A stretch of DNA of 64,000 nt from an uncultured delta proteobacterium (lineage in GTDB: Bacteria > Desulfobacterota > BSN033 > UBA1163). Below are positions 40,252 to 50,079 of the stretch, in pieces (positions within the stretch are counted from its first letter, which is position 1; each line of letters starts with the position of its first letter). The position numbers were made by a program, and so were the translations under genes. The notes beneath the pieces are model-generated. The model made no database searches and was not told where the DNA came from. It saw only the letters and a list, made by a program, of their open reading frames with translations. The stretch covers positions 512,001 to 576,000 of the forward strand of contig CAWHBU010000004.1 of the NCBI GenBank assembly GCA_963827685.1, written 5' to 3'.

Positions 40252-41972
40252 CCTTCCAACACGATATCATCATTGTGGGAGCTGGCTTGGCAGGACTTCG
40301 GGCAGCGGTCGAGTGTGTGGGCCAGGCCGATGTGGCGATCGTGAGCAAGGTTTTCCCTACGCGATCCCATTCCGGAGCGGCCCAGGGAGGGATCACTGCC
40401 CCTCTCGGCAATGAGGAGGAGGATCATTGGGAATGGTATTTCTATGACACCGTCAAGGGAGGCGACTACTTGGGAGATCAGGATGCCATCGAGATCCTGG
40501 TCAAGGATTCGCCGCGGGCCATCTATGAATTGGAGCACATGGGAGTGCCGTTCAGCCGTACCGCCGAGGGGAAGATCGCCCAACGGAACTTCGGCGGTCA
40601 TACGCGTGACTATGGTAAGAAACCCGTCAAGAGGGCCTGCTATGCTGCAGACCATACCGGAAGAGTCGTCCTCGACACGCTTTTTGATCAGTGCCTACGG
40701 CATCAGGCCAAATTCTATTCGGAACACTACCTTCTTTCCCTGATCATGGACAAAAGGAGATGTGTGGGGGTAGTGACCTATGATCTCGCCACGGGAGAAC
40801 TTCAGCTCCTTCAGGCCAAAGCCGTTCTCTTGGCCACTGGGGGGTGCGGAAAAATTTACAGGACGACCTCCAATGGCAATGCGACCACCGGAGAGGCCTT
40901 CACCTTGGTCTACCATTTGGGAATTCCTCTCGAAGACATGGAGTTTGTCCAGTTTCATCCCACAGGCCTTTATCCTTTAGGCATCCTGGTGAGCGAAGCG
41001 GCAAGAGGCGAGGGCGGGCTCTTGCGAAACCAGTTGGGCGAGCGTTTTATGGAGCGATACGCACCCACCGTAAAGGATCTGGCGGCAAGAGATGTCGTCT
41101 CCAGAGCCATTCTCACGGAGATTCGTGAGGGGAGGGGGATTGGCGGAAAGGATTATGTCCACCTCGACCTCACTCATCTTGGAGAGCAAAAGATTCAGGA
41201 GAAACTCTGGGAAATTGCCTCCTTTGTCAGAATCTACACAGGAATCGATCCGGTCTACGATCCCGTTCCGGTGGCACCCACCTGCCATTATATGATGGGA
41301 GGCATTCCTACAGACGTCGATGGCAGGGTGTTGGCCGATGAGACGGGTTCGATCGTGCCGGGATTGTATGCAGCAGGAGAATGCGCGTGTGTATCGGTTC
41401 ACGGCGCGACCCGGCTCGGCTGCAATTCTCTCCTCGATCTCCTCGTCTTTGGCCGGAGAAGCGGGTTGGCGATGAAGGAAAGAATTAAAAAGGCTGATGT
41501 TCCATCCGTGTCGATGGATGCTCTGAAGCCATCGGAAGAGAAGATCGCCCGACTATTGACTCATCCAGGTCAAGAAAAAATCGATCCACTCAGGAAAAGG
41601 ATGCGGTCTGTGATGATGGAATATGGTTCGGTCTTTCGAGATGAGGATGGTTTGAAAAAGGGGATGGACGAAATCCAAAATCTGAAAGAACGTTACAAAG
41701 AGATTGGGATCGTGAACAAAGGGAAGGTCTTCAATTATGAATTGATGGAGGCGATCGAACTGGGCCATCAGCTTGAGCTCTCGGAGGTCATCCTTTATAG
41801 CGCCCTCGGTCGAAAGGAGAGCCGGGGAGCTCACTACCGGGAGGATTTCCCATCGCGGGCAGATCGATACTTTCTGAAGCATACCTTTGCTTTTCACACC
41901 CCGAAAGGGCCGGAGGTGAGGTATAAACCGGTGAAGATCACCCGATTTCAACCTGAAGCAAGGGTCTATTAA
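40248..41972 (+). CDS. sdhA: Succinate dehydrogenase/fumarate reductase flavoprotein subunit
   Basis: GAGLAG, RSHSGAAQGG (covalent FAD His), QFHPT, EAARGEG, HYMMGG, HG..RLG.NSL, ESRGAH. Confidence 0.95.
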   Translation: MTFQHDIIIVGAGLAGLRAAVECVGQADVAIVSKVFPTRSHSGAAQGGITAPLGNEEEDHWEWYFYDTVKGGDYLGDQDAIEILVKDSPRAIYELEHMGVPFSRTAEGKIAQRNFGGHTRDYGKKPVKRACYAADHTGRVVLDTLFDQCLRHQAKFYSEHYLLSLIMDKRRCVGVVTYDLATGELQLLQAKAVLLATGGCGKIYRTTSNGNATTGEAFTLVYHLGIPLEDMEFVQFHPTGLYPLGILVSEAARGEGGLLRNQLGERFMERYAPTVKDLAARDVVSRAILTEIREGRGIGGKDYVHLDLTHLGEQKIQEKLWEIASFVRIYTGIDPVYDPVPVAPTCHYMMGGIPTDVDGRVLADETGSIVPGLYAAGECACVSVHGATRLGCNSLLDLLVFGRRSGLAMKERIKKADVPSVSMDALKPSEEKIARLLTHPGQEKIDPLRKRMRSVMMEYGSVFRDEDGLKKGMDEIQNLKERYKEIGIVNKGKVFNYELMEAIELGHQLELSEVILYSALGRKESRGAHYREDFPSRADRYFLKHTFAFHTPKGPEVRYKPVKITRFQPEARVY

Positions 41973-42085
41973 GAAAATTTCGGATTGCGGATTGCGGATT
42001 GAAGAATGGCGAAATATGAATCTGTTTATGATGAATGGGATAAATAGCTAATGCAGTGATTCAGAGAAATCTCTTTTCTTTATTT

Positions 42086-42147
42086 GTCATTCCGGGCTTG
42101 ACCCGGAATCCAGTGTTTCTAGGCTGGATTCCCGCCTTGCGGGATGA
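42086..42147. repeat. REP-like palindrome (GTCATTCC..GGAATCCA family)
   Basis: gtcattccgggcttgacccggaatccag ... ctggattcccgccttgcgggatga. Confidence 0.65.
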
Positions 42148-42171
42148 AGCAATCTCGGTGCGGGGTTATCA

Positions 42172-42885
42172 ATGCTCATTAAGCTGAAAATTTTTCGTTT
42201 TGATCCGAGTAAGGATGAAAAGTCCTATTACCAGACCTACGAGGTCGAGGCCGATCCCATGGATCGACTTCTCGATTGCCTCAACCGAATCCGCTGGGAA
42301 CAGGACCCAACACTCTCCTACCGATGGTCTTGTGGCCACGGCATCTGTGGATCGGACGGGATGAAGATCAACGGGATCTGTGGTCTGGCTTGCCAAAAAT
42401 TGGTCAAGGATTTTAAAGAAGAAGTTTTAATCGAACCTCTTCCCGTGTTTAAAGTGTTCAAAGATTTGGTGGTAGACCTCGATCCTTTTTTTGAAAAATA
42501 TAATTCCATCAAACCCTATCTCATCACAAAAACTCCTCCTCCTGATCAGGAAAGAAATCAGTCAGCGGAGCAGCAGCATCTCCTTGAGGAAGCCATCCGT
42601 TGTATCCTCTGCGCCTGCTGTACGGCATCCTGTCCTGTCAATCAGAATCCGGAGACAGCCAACTATGTCGGTCCTGCTGCTTTAGCCCGGTCCTTTCGAT
42701 ACCTCTTCGATTCAAGGGATGAGGGTTCGGAGGAAAGGATTGCTCTCCTGGATCACAAGGATGGGGCTTGGGGTTGCCAGACCCTATGGAAGTGCACGGA
42801 AGTCTGTCCCAAAGAGATTCCCGTTACCAAGGAGATTGGCCAGATCAAGAAACGCATCTACGAAACCAAACACCCCAAGAAATAG
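42172..42885 (+). CDS. sdhB: Succinate dehydrogenase/fumarate reductase iron-sulfur subunit
   Basis: SC.HGICGSD, CILCACC..SCP, C.....C..VCPK motifs. Confidence 0.95.
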   Translation: MLIKLKIFRFDPSKDEKSYYQTYEVEADPMDRLLDCLNRIRWEQDPTLSYRWSCGHGICGSDGMKINGICGLACQKLVKDFKEEVLIEPLPVFKVFKDLVVDLDPFFEKYNSIKPYLITKTPPPDQERNQSAEQQHLLEEAIRCILCACCTASCPVNQNPETANYVGPAALARSFRYLFDSRDEGSEERIALLDHKDGAWGCQTLWKCTEVCPKEIPVTKEIGQIKKRIYETKHPKK

Positions 42886-43112
42886 GATGGAGGAAGTAAG
42901 AAGTAAAAAGTTGACTTCACAGAAGGTGTTCTACTTGGCGCCTTCACTTATCTTCAATAGCAAGTTGATCTGAAAGCTGATGATTATGGATGAAAATATG
43001 GAAATAAAAAGGTAGAGCCTTCTCTGATCCCGCCTTTTCGCTCCTCAACTCAAAAGGCATTGGGGATGGTATTTCATTTAGTGTGGATTAAGGATGCAAC
43101 AGCCCAATAATG

Positions 43113-43667
43113 TCAAACAGCACGATACATATGTATGAAAGCCAACAGATAGAGAATGAAAAAAATACTCGGCAGCATCCAGGTCAGATGACGTGGTTTA
43201 GCAGCGCCTATGAATCCGTCCATCCGGGTGAGACCCTTCACTGGATATTGTAGGAGCTCCTTCTTATCAGGGCTCTCTATGTTCCGTATTTTAGAATTGA
43301 AAAAGATATCCTCATCAGAACAAAAGTTCTCGCCTTCTGAATCCATCTTCCGCTCAAGATATCTGGCTTGAAAATAACGAAGCTTCAGCTTAAGTTGCAA
43401 CCTCATCGCGGATGCAATCCAGAATATGCACACGAACATACCGATAACAAGCCAAAACAGAAAGAAATAGGTGCTTATGTAGAAATAGGATGAGCCGAAT
43501 GGTTTCAGTATATTGAGAGAGATAGTCGAGGTAAAGAAAATAAAAACATTGACGATTAAATACACTATTTCAGAACGGAGGAGACGGTCTTCCATAATAC
43601 CAATCAGATTCATCAACATTAGGTATTTCTGCAGAGTTTGTTCCATTTTCTCATTCGCTTCATCCAT
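43113..43667 (-). CDS. Hypothetical membrane protein (3 TM; possibly SLATT/RipA-like)
   Basis: GGGGG RBS-like site; two adjacent TM helices, a basic amphipathic helix, and a C-terminal TM. Confidence 0.7.
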   Translation of the reverse strand: MDEANEKMEQTLQKYLMLMNLIGIMEDRLLRSEIVYLIVNVFIFFTSTISLNILKPFGSSYFYISTYFFLFWLVIGMFVCIFWIASAMRLQLKLKLRYFQARYLERKMDSEGENFCSDEDIFFNSKIRNIESPDKKELLQYPVKGLTRMDGFIGAAKPRHLTWMLPSIFFILYLLAFIHMYRAV

Positions 43668-43766
43668 AATACCCCCCTTATTTTGTTATCTGATGGCTAG
43701 TTTACAAGAGCCTGATATATAAGCATACCATAACACCATTGAAGATAATAGAAAAAAATCCCTCCG

Positions 43767-43968
43767 AAATCCCGATTTAGGATGCGGTCTTTGCGAGCGA
43801 AGCGAAGCAATCTCGCTTTTCGCGATGAGATTGCCACGCCTGCGTGCCGGAACGTTTGGCTGCACATATCTGCTTCATAAAGACAAGCACTTCGGCGTGC
43901 AGGCACGCACCTTTCAGGTGCTCGCAATGACGGATTGAGAAGGGGCTTCCCTTTTCTAAATCGGAATT
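43767..43968. repeat. Nested REP/MITE composite
   Basis: Outer IR aaatcccgatttag/ctaaatcggaattt; inner ttgcgagcgaagcgaagcaatctc..gagattgccacg..ctcgcaatgac; innermost CCTGC..GCAGG insert flanked by CACG duplication. Confidence 0.7.
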
Positions 43969-44081
43969 TGGGTCCCTCTTCCTGGATGGTTTTTCCTCTA
44001 ATATCTTTTGTTCTTCTCAGGAATCAAAAATTATTTTGAAATTAAGGGCGTTATGTAAGATAATGGGTCGAGGTTTCAATC

Positions 44082-46625
44082 ATGTCCGGTACTCCAAAGA
44101 TGAAAGACGCTTATATAGCCATTCACGGTCATTTCTATCAGCCTCCACGGGAGAACCCCTGGCTCGAAATCATTGAGACCGAGGAGAGTGCCCATCCCTT
44201 TCATGACTGGAACGAACGGATCGCTCTGGAGTGCTATCGGCCCAATGCTCACGCTCGGATCCTTGATAGCAAAGGGAAGATTTTAGAAATCATCAACAAT
44301 TACTCCTCCATCAGTTTCAATTTTGGTCCCACGCTCCTCCCCTGGCTGGAGAAATATTTTCCTTCGGTCTATCAGAAGATCCTTGAGGCAGACCGGGAAG
44401 GTTTGAGGCGATTTGGCCATGGGAATGCCATCGCGCAAGTTTATAACCACATCATCATGCCTTTGGCCAATGACAGGGATAAAGAAACAGAAGTCCTCTG
44501 GGGAATGGCCGATTTTGAAAAACGGTTTCATCGTAAACCCGAGGCCCTCTGGCTTCCTGAGACGGCTGTTAACTACGCCACCCTTCAGGTATTGGTCAAA
44601 CATGGAATGCGCTATCTCATCCTGAGCCCCTTCCAGGCGTTGAGGGTAAGGCCCTTTGGGGGCAAAAAATGGACGGATGTCTCTCAAGGCCGGATTGATA
44701 CGACGCGACCTTACCGATGTTTTATCAAAGATGCCTCCGGAAAAAAACTCTCAGACCAGTTCATCGACATCTTTTTTTACAATGGGATCATCTCAAAGGA
44801 AGTTGCCTTTGGGGATCTTTTAAAAGATGGTACTATCTTCGGTAATCGATTTGCACAGTTCTATCAGGAGTCGAAAGAGAGACCTCAGTTGATTCACATC
44901 GCCACAGATGGCGAGACCTATGGGCACCACAAGAAATTCGGAGAGATGGCCTTGGCCTTTGCATTGGGCAATGGGTTTCTAACAAAGGGATTTGAAGTTA
45001 TCAATTATGGAGCTTTTCTGAAGCGTTTTCCTTCTGTTCATGAAGTGGAGATTGATGAAGGACCAAAAGGAGAGGGAACCTCCTGGAGTTGTGCCCACGG
45101 GGTGGGGAGATGGAAAGAGGATTGTGGGTGCAGCACCGGAGGGAAACCTGGATGGAATCAAAAATGGAGAAAACCTCTGCGGGAGGCTCTCGATCTTTTA
45201 CGGGATGAACTCAACCAGGTTTTTGAGAGAGAGGGAGGAAAGATCTTTCAGGATGTATGGAAAGCGAGAAATGGGTATATTGAAGTGATCCTTAATCGGT
45301 CTCCTGAAGGGATCAAAAACTTCTTCAATCAATATGGGGCAAAAAGCCTTGATGAAGAAGGCAGGATCAAAGGACTCAAGCTCCTTGAGATGCAGAGGCA
45401 TGCCTTGCAGATGTATACGAGCTGCGGCTGCTTCTTTGCCGACCTGGCAGGACTCGAGACGATTCTTGTCTTTGAGCATGCAGCCAGGGCCATCCAGTTG
45501 GCAGAAGAATGGGCAGGAGGAGAGATTGAGAAAAAATTCCTTCAACATTTATCTGAAGCCAAGAGTAATCTTCCTGGAATGGGGAAGGGCGATGAAGTTT
45601 ACCAGCGCCTGGTGAGGCCGAAATGGGTCACACCTGAAAGGGTGGTGAACCACTTTGCCATCACTTCTTTATTCGATGGCGGGGATGGGGAGAAGAAAAT
45701 CTTCTCCTATCGGGTGGAGAAGATTCGTTATGAAAAGATGGAAAAGGAAGAGAATCTGTTGGTCATGGGGCAGGTGCGGGTCACCTCCGAAATCATCCTC
45801 GAATCAAAGGAATTTCTCTTTGGATTGATTTCATCTAAGAAAGAGGTTTTTCGAACCTGGGTGTCGGAGAAGAAGGAAAAACTCGATTTCAATACCTTTA
45901 AGGAAAAAGGACAAGAGAGATTTGGGAAAGGTCAAGAAGAGATGGCTAAGGTTCTTACTTCACTCCTCGGGAATCGGGTCTTCACGATTCAAGATACGTT
46001 TGAGGAGGAGAGACAGGCCATCTTCCAGAAACTCATCCAGAAGGAATTTAATGAACACTGCCAGATTTATGCTGACCTTTTTGACAGGACGAAGCAGGCA
46101 GTCGAGGCATTGTCCAGAGGGGGGTTGGAGATTCCGTTCGAGATTCGTGTGGCGGCTGAGGTGACACTCAGCGATCGTTTGTTTCAAGAAATAAAGGAGC
46201 TGAAAAGGGATTTTAAAGGGACGATCGAAAGAAGGAAGATTGATGAGATTGTTGGAGAGGCAAAGGAGCACGGCTATCATCTGAGAAGGGAGAAATCTCT
46301 TTTTGCTTTGAATGAGATATTAATGGAAAGGATGAATGCCCTTCAGAAAAGCAAGGGTTCGGAACTTTCCCGTCAGTCAGAACAGGCTGAGGAGGTCATG
46401 GCACTCCTCGAGTTAGCAAAGAAGTGGGAATTCGAAATCTCCCTGGAGGAAGCTCAGAATTTAATGGGCGAAATATTGGAGGAATGTGTCGGGGATCTTG
46501 AGAAGTGCTGGTGGGAGAACGGGACTCCGAAACTATTCTCTCCGAATTTAATTACCCTGGCAGAGAAATTGGGGTTTAATGTGGAGAGATATTCGAAAAT
46601 AACTGGGCTGAGTAAAGAAGATTAA
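44082..46625 (+). CDS. Glycoside hydrolase family 57 protein with DUF3536
   Basis: HGHFYQPPRENPW, SFNFGPTL, WLPETA, ATDGETYGHH, SWSCAHGVGRW. Confidence 0.93.
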   Translation: MSGTPKMKDAYIAIHGHFYQPPRENPWLEIIETEESAHPFHDWNERIALECYRPNAHARILDSKGKILEIINNYSSISFNFGPTLLPWLEKYFPSVYQKILEADREGLRRFGHGNAIAQVYNHIIMPLANDRDKETEVLWGMADFEKRFHRKPEALWLPETAVNYATLQVLVKHGMRYLILSPFQALRVRPFGGKKWTDVSQGRIDTTRPYRCFIKDASGKKLSDQFIDIFFYNGIISKEVAFGDLLKDGTIFGNRFAQFYQESKERPQLIHIATDGETYGHHKKFGEMALAFALGNGFLTKGFEVINYGAFLKRFPSVHEVEIDEGPKGEGTSWSCAHGVGRWKEDCGCSTGGKPGWNQKWRKPLREALDLLRDELNQVFEREGGKIFQDVWKARNGYIEVILNRSPEGIKNFFNQYGAKSLDEEGRIKGLKLLEMQRHALQMYTSCGCFFADLAGLETILVFEHAARAIQLAEEWAGGEIEKKFLQHLSEAKSNLPGMGKGDEVYQRLVRPKWVTPERVVNHFAITSLFDGGDGEKKIFSYRVEKIRYEKMEKEENLLVMGQVRVTSEIILESKEFLFGLISSKKEVFRTWVSEKKEKLDFNTFKEKGQERFGKGQEEMAKVLTSLLGNRVFTIQDTFEEERQAIFQKLIQKEFNEHCQIYADLFDRTKQAVEALSRGGLEIPFEIRVAAEVTLSDRLFQEIKELKRDFKGTIERRKIDEIVGEAKEHGYHLRREKSLFALNEILMERMNALQKSKGSELSRQSEQAEEVMALLELAKKWEFEISLEEAQNLMGEILEECVGDLEKCWWENGTPKLFSPNLITLAEKLGFNVERYSKITGLSKED

Positions 46626-46674
46626 GGGTCAGGTTTTGTATTAAGACAATTGCTTGATTGCAGGACCTGACCCT
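46625..46674. repeat. REP-like hairpin (GGGTCAGGTCTTGCA family)
   Basis: agggtcaggttttgta..tgcaggacctgaccct; second full hairpin 48754-48805; half copies at ~7119, 11546, 47502, 47618. Confidence 0.75.
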
Positions 46675-46740
46675 CCTCCGATTTGGAATAGGTTGGACCC
46701 ATGAACCACTTTATCCTCTTCGCCTTGACGGCGTACTCTG

Positions 46741-46764
46741 TTTTGAGTACAATTGTACTCAAAA
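46741..46764. promoter_or_regulatory. Palindromic operator upstream of MNT antitoxin
   Basis: Perfect 24-bp palindrome ttttgagtacaattgtactcaaaa overlapping a TACAAT -10. Confidence 0.7.
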
Positions 46765-46777
46765 AGGAGTCCAATAG

Positions 46778-47353
46778 ATGTTAGAAAGTCTATACATTTC
46801 GAAATCAAAAATCAGACAGGATTTGCTCGCTCTTTTTTTTACCAATCCGTCTCAAAAATATTATTTGAGAGAACCGCAACGTGAATTAGGTTACTCAGCT
46901 GGTAGCATACGACGGGAGCTCTTAAAATTTCAAAAAGATAATTTATTTGATACCCAATCGGTCGGAAACCTAGTTTATTATGCCTTGAATACCAAGCATC
47001 CCTTATATAAAGAACTGAAAAGGATTGTTTCCAAAACGGTAGGAGTGGAAGGTAGTTTGAGGAAGACGCTTTCGTCTGTTCATGGAATAAGGTTTGCTTT
47101 CATATACGGTTCTTATGCGAAGAGGAAGGAAAAGGATAGCAGCGACATAGACCTTATGATCATTGGGAATCCCGATACCTCTCGCTTGAATGAAAAGATT
47201 GCTGAGTTAGAAAAAAGGCTTAAAAGAGAGATCAATCCAACCATCTATTCCTTGGAAGAATATCGGAGCAAGAAGAAGACCAAAAGTGGTTTCATCATGG
47301 AGTTATTAAAGAGTCCAAAGATATTGGTAATAGGTAAAGAAGATGATTTATAA
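46778..47353 (+). CDS. Nucleotidyltransferase (MNT antitoxin) with N-terminal wHTH
   Basis: FIYGS.A......SDIDL.IIG Pol-beta motif; N-terminal HTH. Confidence 0.9.
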   Translation: MLESLYISKSKIRQDLLALFFTNPSQKYYLREPQRELGYSAGSIRRELLKFQKDNLFDTQSVGNLVYYALNTKHPLYKELKRIVSKTVGVEGSLRKTLSSVHGIRFAFIYGSYAKRKEKDSSDIDLMIIGNPDTSRLNEKIAELEKRLKREINPTIYSLEEYRSKKKTKSGFIMELLKSPKILVIGKEDDL

Positions 47354-47495
47354 AGAGTCGAAGGGAAATCTTTTGAAGCAAGGGTTAATGAAAAAATGTC
47401 CTGTGGATTGGAGAGCTATAAACAATCTTATGAAGCGGGCTTATACAGATTTGAGAACTGCCAAAAGAAACATCGATGATGATGAAGAATGTGCG
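47343..47495 (+). pseudogene. Truncated HEPN-type toxin (N-terminal ~51 aa)
   Basis: Overlaps MNT stop; L...G..KK......I..L..RA..DL..A pattern breaks at a REP end. Confidence 0.6.
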
Positions 47496-47501
47496 GTTGT
47501 C

Positions 47502-47633
47502 GGGGTCCGGTCTTGCAATAGCACATTGAAGAAAATTGCGGAACATCTGGGTTTCCATTATGCTACTATAAGCCGGGGAATAAAGCGGGTGGAGGGGGGA
47601 TAAAGTCAAATGTATGATTGCAAGACCTGACCC
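47502..47633 (+). mobile_element. REP-bounded remnant, probably of a REP-associated tyrosine transposase (C-terminal HTH only)
   Basis: ggggtccggtcttgcaat ... attgcaagacctgaccc ends enclose LKKIAEHLGFHYATISRGIKRVE. Confidence 0.6.
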
Positions 47634-47843
47634 TTCTCGATTTTTCTAATCACGCTTTCTGTAAACGCATTGACACAAAATGTAATACATGAAGAATGGC
47701 CCCCTTAACCCGCAGTTCAATTTGTCCCGTGTCAAGGGCTGACCCCTATTTTGGACCTAAGGTCTGCTTGTTTCCCTCAAATTTTCCTAAACGAAACGAA
47801 ACCTGAAAAATGATATTTATTGCATCCGGTGTATTTTACTTAC

Positions 47844-48005
47844 TTATGGCTTCTTGGGGTCTTTCTCTGTCTTGATTACTCTTTGTTCATAAGGTTCAGA
47901 CATAAGCCGCTTCCAATCATCAAGTGGTCTGTCACCTTTGCCACTCTCAGGATGCCATTCCTTAATCCGTCTTGGCTTAGATTTACTGCTTGTCTTAATT
48001 GCCAT
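47844..48005 (-). CDS. Small hypothetical protein
   Basis: AGGAGG RBS before MAIKTSSK...; 53 aa. Confidence 0.45.
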   Translation of the reverse strand: MAIKTSSKSKPRRIKEWHPESGKGDRPLDDWKRLMSEPYEQRVIKTEKDPKKP

Positions 48006-48178
48006 TTGTTTTTGCCTCCTTTTGAGGTTTAACATACTTCGTCAGTTTGTACCAGACCCTATTAGGCCCTACCCCTTTATCGGAGACCTCCTTTCATCTG
48101 GAGAGGATCTTCTCATGGGTTTGCCGATGATCACCGATTGGAATCAAGCATGCTTATGAAAAAGTCGGGTTGTTGATT

Positions 48179-48406
48179 TCACTGAGCGTCATGAATTGGT
48201 TTGATTATGTTATCCACGTCTGGAGACCCTCCATCATAATAGTATGTGATCACCAATGCAACCTGGCCTTGAAAGGGTACTGAGCCAGCTGGCAATGCAG
48301 CGATTGCGGAGGCACGCACGTTTTGTTTCCAAGATTGGAGCCGCTGTTTGTTTCTCGTTTGTACAGAAACAGGGGGCCCTTTTATTGTAAATTCTAATGG
48401 TAACAT
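48179..48406 (-). pseudogene. Truncated RusA-family endonuclease-like gene
   Basis: EF.I.GPPVS.Q ... PDVDNIIKPI.DA motif, then premature end. Confidence 0.7.
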
Positions 48407-48629
48407 TTATACTTTCGAGACCTTTCTATTTTCACCCAACGTAATAGATACTGTGTTGGGACCTTGAATTATGAACCAAGCTTATTGAAGGTTTCGGGTA
48501 ATTTCGTCTCGGAAGCATCTTCTCGTTGAACCTAGTAGATATCTTCTTTGGTGCTTTGAAAGTTATGAGTGTAAGCTGGTTTTGATTTGCAAATCTTATC
48601 AAAATCAGACAAAAATACAACCAAAATTT

Positions 48630-48744
48630 TTACGGTTTTCCACCGGATGAGCGCCTGATCAACACCAAAATGCCTACAATAATAAGAATCAGTGGCCACC
48701 ACTGAGCCATGAGCGAGCGAATAGGCGGTAGCCAGCCAAGATTG
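48630..48744 (-). pseudogene. Partial second copy of the LiaF-TM/DUF5668 gene (C-terminal 37 aa)
   Basis: NLGWLPPIRSLMAQWWPLILIIVGILVLIRRSSGGKP*; no start codon; begins at a REP hairpin. Confidence 0.75.
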
Positions 48745-48824
48745 AGTCAAATTGAGGGTCAGGTCTTGCATTAACACAAATACTTGATTGCAAGACCTGA
48801 CCCTCCTTCCTCCCGAGAAGCAAT

Positions 48825-49004
48825 CTACGGCTTTCCACCAGATGAGCGCCTGATCAACACCAAAATGCCAACAATGATAAGAATAATTGGCCACCACTGA
48901 GCCATGAGTGAGCGAATAGGCGGTAGCCAGCCAAGATTAGACAGGAGGAAAATGATACCCAACCCAATCAGGATGTACGCTCCGATTGCGGACTTAGATC
49001 TCAT
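48825..49004 (-). CDS. Small membrane protein, LiaF-TM/DUF5668-like (59 aa)
   Basis: GGAGGAG RBS; MRSKSAIGAYILIGLGIIFLLSNLGWL...WWPIILIIVGI motif; below ORF-track cutoff. Confidence 0.8.
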   Translation of the reverse strand: MRSKSAIGAYILIGLGIIFLLSNLGWLPPIRSLMAQWWPIILIIVGILVLIRRSSGGKP

Positions 49005-49556
49005 AACGGCTCCTCCGTATGATGAATTTCATCCGCCTACGCAGGAGACCACGGCCTTTGCCGTGGAGGAATGCGTTCATGCGCGACATACCATTTTGAC
49101 GATCAATGTATCATGCTTCGGCGGATTTCGCTCACCGGCGGATGACCCGCCGAAGCCTTGGCGCTTGTGCGCCCTGCCTCCGCCGGAGCGGCTCCCGCCT
49201 ACGCGAAGCCCGCGCTTCGGCGGGCGTAGGTAGGTCGCGCAGGCAGGCGAAGCGCTACAGCGCCTAGGTGCGTAGGTGGGTATGGTTTTTGGGGACCACG
49301 GGCTTGCCCGTGGGGCTCCATGCAAGACACTTCCGCTCACCAAATCTTATCAAAATGGGATAAAAATACAACCAAAATTTTTGGGGGATTAAGGGGCAGA
49401 AGCATATGGCTGCAGCAATGCACTTTGATGTGAAAGACTTTCCTTTCTTAAGGAAGGCAAAGGTTTTGGACTGATTCGGCCTTGCCAATTCAATAAATCA
49501 TCCAGTTTAGCAAAAAAATAGTGCTTGACATTTAGGCCGCGTTTATGCGTCATATA

Positions 49557-49617
49557 GTTAATCCGGTTATCCGGAGGTGGATGGCGTAGCCATCGGGCCC
49601 GCAAGGGCCTTTTTTAT
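49557..49617 (+). ncRNA. Candidate structured RNA downstream/antisense of a DUF3800 gene
   Basis: Three consecutive hairpins (tccgg-ttat-ccgga; gatggc-gta-gccatc; ggccc-gcaa-gggcc) plus a T6 tail; TTGACA and TATAGT upstream (spacing 22, non-canonical). Confidence 0.5.
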
Positions 49618-49622
49618 TGCCC

Positions 49623-49794
49623 TCAAAGAAATTTTTTTCCAAAACATCGAGGTCCTTCCTGATCGTATTTTGTTTGCAGAATCTTAATCACCCCCAACCC
49701 AAATGGAGATATTTTCCCTGAGAATATGGTTTGGATTTTCTGAGCTTTCAAGGTCCGGGTTTCCCACTTCATCAATATAAATCCGATATTTCAT
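49623..49794 (-). pseudogene. DUF3800-family gene with large internal deletion
   Basis: N-terminus MKYRIYIDEVGNPDL joined out of frame to C-terminus ..PFGLGVIKILQTKYDQEGPRCFGKKFL*. Confidence 0.65.
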
Positions 49795-50079
49795 TCCGTA
49801 CTTGTTAATCTTCCCAATATCTTCAGTATTTTGAAGGTTATGAATGTTAGCCGGTTCGCTCACCAAATCTTATCAAAATGAGATAAAATTACAACCAGAA
49901 TTTTTGGGGGATAGAAAGGTAGAACGATTGCCCTGTCGAAAGAAAAAAATTACGTCGGCACTAAATGCTGACGCTACATTATTCATGGAACTTATTACAC
50001 CGGGAAAGAATAGGGAGTCACGTTTTCAAAGGATATTGAAGAACCAATCTAAGAAGTGAAGCTCGCGCGCCCATCGGAC

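Noticed and set aside
48434-48461. attC site before the RusA-like gene (TCCCAAC..GTTGGGT on minus strand)
   Set aside because: Only 28 bp between ends, far shorter than attC, with no inner L boxes; the left part overlaps a REP-like half.
48630-48940. DGR template/variable repeat pair
   Set aside because: Differences are not adenine-specific and are mostly synonymous; no reverse transcriptase present.
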